A stretch of DNA of 33,865 nucleotides, taken from contig CAZZDL010000005.1 of the NCBI GenBank assembly GCA_964652335.1, forward strand, positions 1 to 33,865, given 5' to 3'. Below are positions 27,426-33,865 of the stretch, piece by piece. Position 1 is the stretch's first letter. Each line of letters begins with the position of its first letter. A program made the position numbers and the translations under genes. The notes under the pieces are model-generated. The model ran no database searches and had not been told where the DNA came from. It worked only from the letters and a program-made list of their open reading frames with translations. Source of the stretch: Candidatus Micrarchaeota archaeon. Its GTDB lineage: Archaea; B1Sed10-29; WALL01; WAMD01.

Positions 27426-27489
27426 AAAAGGTTAACTGAAAATTGCTATTTATCTATAACCTTTTAATTACTGCATTCGTTAGTTCTGT

Positions 27490-28419
27490 GTGATATACTT
27501 AGGCAATGGAATAGAGTATGTGGGAAAGGCTAGAATATACCTAGACGGAAAAAGGGAAGAAGGAGTAAACGTAATAAGTCATGCGCATAGAGATCATCTA
27601 GGAAATGTAAAAAGAGCAATAGCTAGCAAGGAAACGGCAATCCTAGCTGGCCTAGAGGGTTACAAAGAAGGTCTATGCATTGACGATACTGAGATAAAGC
27701 TCCACGATGCAGGCCATATCCTAGGCTCCAGACAAGTGGAGGTACTAGATGGGAACAATGTTGTATATACTGGGGATATTAGGCTGAGAGAGTCCTTTTT
27801 CTCAAAAGGGGCTGAAATACTAAATCCAGATATCTTGATAATTGAATCTACATTTGGATTGCCAAATCTTGTGTTCCCTCCTCAGGACGAAGTTATATCC
27901 AGCATAGAAAGGTGGATAAAAGCTAACTTGTCAATAGGCAGACACGTGGTCATTGGAGGATACGAGCTAGGGAAATCGCAAGAACTGACTAGGCTGGTGA
28001 ACAATATGGGAGAAGTCCCAGTGGTAACAAAAGAGATAAGCAAATACAACCAAATCTACTCAGACCTTGGGGTGAAGATAGGTGAATGGATAACTGCAGG
28101 GGAGCAAGGGGATGATCCAAATGTATTCATAGTTCCAATGAGAATGGTACGAAAGGCTAGAGCTGCTTTGTCGGTATCTGGGAGGGACGTAGCTACCGCC
28201 GTTGCAACTGGGTGGGCTGTAGCATATCCATTCAAAGCTGTAGACAAGGCGTTTCCACTTAGCGATCATGCAGATTTTAATGAGCTAGTTAGATACGCCA
28301 AAGAGTCCGAGGCCAAAAGGATACTGGTGACTCACGGCTACCAAAAAGAGCTTGCAAGGTGGTTAAGAAAGCTAGGGCTAAACGCCCAGCCTTTAAATAA
28401 GAAACCAAAAACAATATAA
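27490..28419 (+). CDS. Metallo-beta-lactamase/beta-CASP family nuclease
   Basis: SHAHRDH, AGHILGS, YTGD, ESTFG, GKSQEL, LSDHADF, THG. Confidence 0.9.
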   Translation: MIYLGNGIEYVGKARIYLDGKREEGVNVISHAHRDHLGNVKRAIASKETAILAGLEGYKEGLCIDDTEIKLHDAGHILGSRQVEVLDGNNVVYTGDIRLRESFFSKGAEILNPDILIIESTFGLPNLVFPPQDEVISSIERWIKANLSIGRHVVIGGYELGKSQELTRLVNNMGEVPVVTKEISKYNQIYSDLGVKIGEWITAGEQGDDPNVFIVPMRMVRKARAALSVSGRDVATAVATGWAVAYPFKAVDKAFPLSDHADFNELVRYAKESEAKRILVTHGYQKELARWLRKLGLNAQPLNKKPKTI

Positions 28420-28504
28420 ATGACATTTTACATAGCTATTCACTGTTTAAAATTTTAAAAAATATTAAATGATTGTTGACTAACGGCAAAACTAAGTGAG
28501 AGCT

Positions 28505-30130
28505 ATGAAAGAGCCTACGAAAGAATATGGTGGAGAATTGCCCCATGAAACAATGAGCGTCTGTCCAGTCTGCAATAAAGTCATTCCTGCACTAGTCTAT
28601 GAAGAAGATGGGAAAGTGTGGGAAAAGAAAACGTGTCCAGAGCATGGTGAGTTCAAAGAAATATACTATGAAGACGTTGAAGTGTACAATAAATTCAGAA
28701 AATTGGCGTATACATGGGGAAAACTAGAGAGCTTTAATACACCTGCAGAAAAGGAATGTCCATGGTCATGCGGATTATGTCCGATGCATCTATCTCACAC
28801 AAATCTTTTAAACATTGTCTTGACCAACAGATGTGATTTGTCATGTTGGTATTGCTTTTTCTATGCAAAAAAGGGAATGCCAATATACGAGCCTAGTATT
28901 GAACAAATAAGGGAAATGCTAGAGTTGGGAAAGAAGGAGAGGCCAGTCTCATGTAATGCTGTGCAGTTTACTGGTGGAGAACCCACAATGAGAGACGATC
29001 TACCTGAGATAATAAGACTAGCTAAAGAACTTGGTTACGAACATGTACAGCTAAACACAAATGGTATAAGGATCTCTAAAGACATCAACCTCCTAGAAGA
29101 AGTAGTAAAGAATGGTGTAAACGTTCTATATCTTAGCTTTGATGGGATAACTCCAAAGACGAATATCAAGAATCACTGGGAAACGCCGTTCGTCCTTGAA
29201 AATGTAAGAAAGGTTAGGAACGTCGGGATTGTCCTTGTCCCGACTGTCATAAAGAATACAAATCTGCATGAAGTTGGGGAAATCCTCAAGTTTGGGCTCA
29301 ACAACATTGACGTGGTGAGAGGAGTAAATTTCCAACCAGTTAGCTTGGTTGGCTCAATGCCGAAGGAAGAAAGAAAAAAATATAGAGTGACGATACCTGG
29401 AGTAATGAAGGCATTGGAGGAGCAAACGAACGGTGCAGTTTCTGTCAAGGACTGGTACCCAATACCTACCGCCGGGATAATTGGAGAATTCATTTACAGG
29501 CTAACTAATAATCAATATTGGATGACGAGCCATTTCGCGTGTGGAGCTGCAACTTATGTATTCCTAGGAAAGAATGATGAAGTTATGCCAATCACCAAAA
29601 TTGTAGACGTAGATGGATTTATAGAGTTTATCAGAGAAAAGTCTGCAGAGCTAGAGAAAGGTAGAAGTCCTGCCATAGTGAAAGCAAAGCTCATGGTGAA
29701 CCTGCCAAGGTTTGTGGATATTGGAGAAATGAAAAAGCTGGGAGGACTGGACTTAGCAAAGCTGATATACAATGCATTTGTGAAGGCTGATTACTCTGCT
29801 CTAGGAGAGTTCCATAAGAGAACTCTCTTCATTGGTATGATGCACTTCCAAGATCCATTTAACTATGACGTTGAAAGGGTAAGAAGATGTGTTATTCATT
29901 ATGCGACACCAGATGGAAGAGTAATTCCATTCTGTACATTTAATGTGTTCCCAGACGTCTACAGAGATGCTATTCAAGAGAAGTTTAGTATTCCATGGGA
30001 GGAATGGATGAAGACCCATCCAGGGTATGACATGGCTAAAGAAAAATATGTCAGATCAAAGGAAGACATTGCAAAGATGGAATCAAGCGAGGTATACAAG
30101 AAGGCATATAACGGAAAGGATTTCTGGTGA
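28505..30130 (+). CDS. tes: Radical SAM tetraether lipid synthase (Tes/GDGT-MAS, MJ0619 family)
   Basis: N-terminal CPVC..CPEH, CPWSCGLCPMH, rSAM motif CDLSCWYC, FTGGEPT, RGVNFQP, HFACG, MHFQD..NYD.ERVRRCVIHY..IPFC. Confidence 0.85.
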   Translation: MKEPTKEYGGELPHETMSVCPVCNKVIPALVYEEDGKVWEKKTCPEHGEFKEIYYEDVEVYNKFRKLAYTWGKLESFNTPAEKECPWSCGLCPMHLSHTNLLNIVLTNRCDLSCWYCFFYAKKGMPIYEPSIEQIREMLELGKKERPVSCNAVQFTGGEPTMRDDLPEIIRLAKELGYEHVQLNTNGIRISKDINLLEEVVKNGVNVLYLSFDGITPKTNIKNHWETPFVLENVRKVRNVGIVLVPTVIKNTNLHEVGEILKFGLNNIDVVRGVNFQPVSLVGSMPKEERKKYRVTIPGVMKALEEQTNGAVSVKDWYPIPTAGIIGEFIYRLTNNQYWMTSHFACGAATYVFLGKNDEVMPITKIVDVDGFIEFIREKSAELEKGRSPAIVKAKLMVNLPRFVDIGEMKKLGGLDLAKLIYNAFVKADYSALGEFHKRTLFIGMMHFQDPFNYDVERVRRCVIHYATPDGRVIPFCTFNVFPDVYRDAIQEKFSIPWEEWMKTHPGYDMAKEKYVRSKEDIAKMESSEVYKKAYNGKDFW

Positions 30131-31045
30131 TCATTTCTTACGAGTCCTTTGCTTTGCTTTTGTCTTTTCAATCTCCTTTTTCAGCTTTTCCCATGCGTCT
30201 GTCCACGACTTGAGGGCAGTTATCTTCTCTGATATCTCTTCTAGTGAGTATCCCTTTGAAGCTAGATCATCTATAACTTTCTGCATCTGTTCCTCCTCGT
30301 TTATGAAGTTGTAAATCAGCTTCTCTACCTTGTCTCTAGGCAACTCCCTAGCTTCTTTTGGTAGCATACTAATAAATTCTTCTGGTGGGATCGTGAGTAG
30401 ACCGCTTTTGTCAGGCTTTAACCTCTTTGAAAGGTTCTCCAGATCGTAATCTCTAACCCTTCCTTCTCTAAGCAGATTAAAGAAGATATATCTCTCCAAT
30501 TGAGCCAATGGAGTATATCTCAGCTTACCTTTGAATGTAAACCTCCTAGTTACCTTCGCCCCTTGATCCTCAAGATCTCTCTTTATTATGTGATACAGAT
30601 AGTGATTAGCTCCAACAGTTATGCAGACATTTTTTGCATCTGATTTTTTCAATGCATCCTTTACTCTTTTTGCCATATACAAATCCCTATTTATCTTGAA
30701 CAATAAGGCAACTAAGGGATCAGTATACATATTTGACAAATGTGCCTTTCTAAGACTAATATTGTCTATGGGAATAATCTTATCCTTCATCTCTATTAAT
30801 AACTTCCTTAACCTAGACTCAAATCCGCTAAGCATCCCTTTCAGCTCTACAGGATTCTTACTCGTTAAAAGCTCAAATTCCTCTGGCGCCATCTCAAGCA
30901 GTATAAGGTCTGCTTTTTTCCACTCTTCCCGTATCCTATCCACGGAGGCAGGAGAATGAACATCCATCAAAAAAGTTATCTTTCTCTTGGGCTGTGTATC
31001 CTTCCTTTTGCTCTTACTGGCCTTGCTACTCCTCGGCTTAACCAT
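30131..31045 (-). CDS. Orphan TraB/Tiki (EreA/ChaN-like superfamily) protein, putative metalloprotease/hydrolase
   Basis: Motif order FLMDVH ... ADLILLE ... NRDLYMA ... VCITVGANH parallels TraB (GTAH, VAVE, ERDxYMA, VVGAGH). Basic N- and C-termini. Confidence 0.6.
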   Translation of the reverse strand: MVKPRSSKASKSKRKDTQPKRKITFLMDVHSPASVDRIREEWKKADLILLEMAPEEFELLTSKNPVELKGMLSGFESRLRKLLIEMKDKIIPIDNISLRKAHLSNMYTDPLVALLFKINRDLYMAKRVKDALKKSDAKNVCITVGANHYLYHIIKRDLEDQGAKVTRRFTFKGKLRYTPLAQLERYIFFNLLREGRVRDYDLENLSKRLKPDKSGLLTIPPEEFISMLPKEARELPRDKVEKLIYNFINEEEQMQKVIDDLASKGYSLEEISEKITALKSWTDAWEKLKKEIEKTKAKQRTRKK

Positions 31046-32706
31046 CACATCCTCTCCGGAGCGTGAATACCTAATAGATCTAATCCAATGTTCAAAACTA
31101 TTGCAACCCCTTTCACAATAGCTAGTCTCTCCTCCTCTTTATCGCTTCCAATTACCTTCTCCTTGTGGTAAAACTCATTAAACAGGCTTGCTAACGAATA
31201 GAGATAATTGGCTATTAGATTGGGCTTCCTCTGAGAACCTGCTTCCAACACTACCTCTGGGAACTCTGCCAGCTTTAGAACTAGCTCCCATTCATTATTA
31301 TTCACAGATTCAAACTCAGGTCTAGGCTCACTGGTCGCCTTCCTCAATATGCTCCTGGCCCTGGCATGTGTATACTGCAGATACGGGCCAGTGTCGCCCT
31401 CAAACCTAAGTGCCTCTTCCCAATTAAAGCTTATCCTTTTCATTGGATCCACTCTAATCAAGAAGTACTTTATAGCGCCAATACTGACTTTCTCTGCTAC
31501 CTCTTCCTTATTTTCCAAATCTGGATTCTTTTCCTTTATGGCAATCAATGCCTTTTCCTTGCCTTCGTCCAAAACTGCATCCACTGGAACGGTTTCTCCC
31601 CTTCTAGTTGACATCTTCCTACCAGCTAAATCCACAAAGCTAAAATGAACAGTCTCTAACCTATCTCCATCTTGACCAATCGCATTCAGCAACGCCTTCA
31701 ATTCCTTGGCTTCTAGCTTATGGTCCTCTCCTAAGACGTTTATACAATACCCTTTCTTCAGCTTCTCAATGTGATATGCCAAATCCCTGATCAAGTAAAC
31801 ACTTGTCCCGTCAGGTCTTGCAATAACTGTATCTCTCCCCATGCCCAGGTCAACGGCCAACGCCCCTGTGTCCAGCTTCTTTACTCCCAGTCTGGAAACT
31901 AAATCCATTGCTTCCTTTACCTTTCCACTGGCTATCAGGTCGCTTTCATAATCATAAACATCATAATGAAATCCACATCTACTAAGAGTCTCCTTCATTC
32001 CAGTAAGGCAAAGGCCTGCTGTTTTTTTCAGCTTAGCCAAAAGATCTTCATCGCCGTTCTCTGCCCTGAACAAAAATTCATCTACTTCCTTTTTGAAGTC
32101 TTCATTTTCTTCAGACAGTTTGTAGGCAGGAACGTACCTAAAGAACACTTGAAAATCATTCTTTTCTGCGTATTTACCCCATTTTTTCACAAGCTCTTGA
32201 TCTGGTTCTATTCCCTTCTCAAACGCCAAAGCAATCAATGCCATTTGCCTTCCAACATCATTTACATAGTAGTGTGTTTCCACTTCATAGCCAAGGAATG
32301 TTAAAATTCTTCTCAATGAATCCCCTATGACTGGATTCCTAAATCTACCGATGTGTATAGGTCCTGTAGGATTGACACTTGTATGCTCAAGAACAATCTT
32401 CTCCCCATTGGACGGCATGGATCCATATCTAGCATTGAAAACTTCTTTAAGTAGAGCACTTGCTAACTTTCTCCTGTTCAAGAAAACATTCACATATGCC
32501 CCTGCCACTTTCACGCCATCTATCCATTCGGACTTTGCTTCCTCAAGCCTCTCCGCAATGCGCTTGGCTGTCTCCTCTTTGTCCTCAAATCTGAATGCAG
32601 TCTTCACTGTCAGATCCGCGAACTTGCTTCTAGTGATATCCCTAGGTGTGGCTGAAAAATCTGCCAGTAACTCTGCAAGATTTTCCTTTAGATCAATGAG
32701 AGCCAT
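31045..32706 (-). CDS. argS: Arginine--tRNA ligase
   Basis: EHTSVNPTGPIHIGRFRN, YYVNDVGRQ, YLIRDLAYH, KMSTRRG, GDTGPYLQYTHAR, C-terminal APERM. Confidence 0.97.
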   Translation of the reverse strand: MALIDLKENLAELLADFSATPRDITRSKFADLTVKTAFRFEDKEETAKRIAERLEEAKSEWIDGVKVAGAYVNVFLNRRKLASALLKEVFNARYGSMPSNGEKIVLEHTSVNPTGPIHIGRFRNPVIGDSLRRILTFLGYEVETHYYVNDVGRQMALIALAFEKGIEPDQELVKKWGKYAEKNDFQVFFRYVPAYKLSEENEDFKKEVDEFLFRAENGDEDLLAKLKKTAGLCLTGMKETLSRCGFHYDVYDYESDLIASGKVKEAMDLVSRLGVKKLDTGALAVDLGMGRDTVIARPDGTSVYLIRDLAYHIEKLKKGYCINVLGEDHKLEAKELKALLNAIGQDGDRLETVHFSFVDLAGRKMSTRRGETVPVDAVLDEGKEKALIAIKEKNPDLENKEEVAEKVSIGAIKYFLIRVDPMKRISFNWEEALRFEGDTGPYLQYTHARARSILRKATSEPRPEFESVNNNEWELVLKLAEFPEVVLEAGSQRKPNLIANYLYSLASLFNEFYHKEKVIGSDKEEERLAIVKGVAIVLNIGLDLLGIHAPERM

Positions 32707-32748
32707 AACTATCTTTACCAGCTACTAAAATTTAACCATTGCGCAGGC

Positions 32749-33390
32749 TCAGCTCTTTTGAAAATGCTCCTTCATTATCTGATCAACAATCTTTTTTGCA
32801 TTCTCTGGATCCAATGGTTCAACCAAGAAACGGACATTGCCTTTTTCTACCTTTGCTGCAAAGCTATTCTCTCCCAAAGAATGTATAATTCCTTCCTTCC
32901 CTGCAAATGCTGCCTCCACAGTTCCAGACTTCAAATGTTGAATAACTCTCTTAACGTCTGGCCTACCTCTCATCTGCGCAAGTTCCCAATTAGTGAGCGT
33001 TAATGCTGTGTGTCTTCTTACCTTCTCTAAAACATGATCAGGAATCTTAAGTTCCTTTGCGACAGCTGGGAGAATATTATTCACATGATCTAAAAACTCA
33101 GCTCCAGAGCTAAGCACTTCTAAATCTCCCCTATGTGGAGACGCCTCATGCTTAATTCCAGTTGAAGTAACGGTTATATCATGTCTTATATTCCCGACAG
33201 ATCCAACTATCTTCCATTCTCTTGGCACTCCATCTTTATCTTTGATAACTCTAAGAGTAGTTGGATGCCATTTTCCCCCCTTTATCATGTACGCATCCTC
33301 AAAACGTCCAGTCTTTTTAGGTGTAACTATAATCTTCATTCCCTTTGGGACATGCTCCATACTAGTTTCCTTTACCTTCCTAACAACCAA
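32749..33390 (-). CDS. Hypothetical protein
   Basis: Long ORF; GAGGGGTG RBS-like site points to TTG 33390 (MVVRKVKE). No family recognised. Confidence 0.65.
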   Translation of the reverse strand: MVVRKVKETSMEHVPKGMKIIVTPKKTGRFEDAYMIKGGKWHPTTLRVIKDKDGVPREWKIVGSVGNIRHDITVTSTGIKHEASPHRGDLEVLSSGAEFLDHVNNILPAVAKELKIPDHVLEKVRRHTALTLTNWELAQMRGRPDVKRVIQHLKSGTVEAAFAGKEGIIHSLGENSFAAKVEKGNVRFLVEPLDPENAKKIVDQIMKEHFQKS

Positions 33391-33551
33391 AACAAACCAC
33401 CCCTCACTTACATTATAGTTATGGCAAATGATTATATATTTGTTTTCCAAGTGTTCAGTAATAAATGGACAGATGCATTGCTATATAAATGGTTTATAAA
33501 TCCTTTATAAATCAGGCAGCTTTTTATTCAAAAAAAGGCCTGAAAAAACCG

Positions 33552-33865
33552 ATGGAAACCGAATACGAAACCGGATTCGGATGGATGAGAATAGGGGATA
33601 AAACGTACAGAGACGACGTGGTGCTTGTAGATCTAGGGGACGGGAACATAAGAGTAAAAGAAAGAGACAAATCCCATTCTGAAATAAAATACGGAACTAG
33701 TCATATCGTGGACTACAACGAGGTTTCTAGATATCTAGATCCGTGGAAGGACATAGGCATAGAACAAATAATAATAGGAACTGGCCAATACGGAAGACTA
33801 GAACTAGATCCTACTGCAAGGGACAAACTGGTAAGAAGGGGCATAGAAGTAATTGAACTTGAGAC
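33552..33865 (+). CDS. Mth938-like (DUF498) protein, truncated by window end
   Basis: Own translation: METEYETGFGWMRIGDKTYRDDVVL...KYGTSH...IIIGTGQYGRL...GIEVIELE, matching FGxxxIxG and IIGTGxxG of the family. Absent from the ORF track because no stop lies in the window. Confidence 0.8.
   Translation, partial: METEYETGFGWMRIGDKTYRDDVVLVDLGDGNIRVKERDKSHSEIKYGTSHIVDYNEVSRYLDPWKDIGIEQIIIGTGQYGRLELDPTARDKLVRRGIEVIELE

Noticed and set aside
28505..30130. Radical SAM enzyme as a sulfatase maturase for the Cys-containing GpmI
   Set aside because: Motifs match Tes/MJ0619, not anSME/SPASM, and the GpmI Cys lacks the CxPxR/CxAxR maturation motif.

Overview
Compact, gene-dense archaeal chromosome segment. 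Alba, FEN1, ATP-dependent ligase, archaeal AspRS/ArgRS, PdaD, a Tes-family radical SAM enzyme and TATA-like boxes make it archaeal. Gene content and the many orphans suggest a DPANN-type, possibly thermophilic organism, which is an inference. It carries tRNA-Gly(CCC), tRNA-Ser(GCT) and about 30 CDSs. I saw no CRISPR array, integrase or transposase. Most unusual signals: (1) six to seven orphan proteins with Lys/Arg-rich termini, five of which show toxin/effector-type catalytic motifs (ADP-ribosyltransferase/Tpt1-like, Pol-beta nucleotidyltransferase, SAM methyltransferase, PD-(D/E)xK nuclease, TraB/Tiki-like protease fold), a candidate effector or defence repertoire; (2) a 72-bp GC-rich multi-hairpin element repeated downstream of both tRNA genes (63/72 identical); (3) three paralogous membrane-anchored GATase-like/DUF4350-like proteins; (4) a GpmI homologue whose catalytic Ser is replaced by Cys; (5) an intact-looking tetraether synthase. 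All calls come from motif reading by eye; no searches were run.
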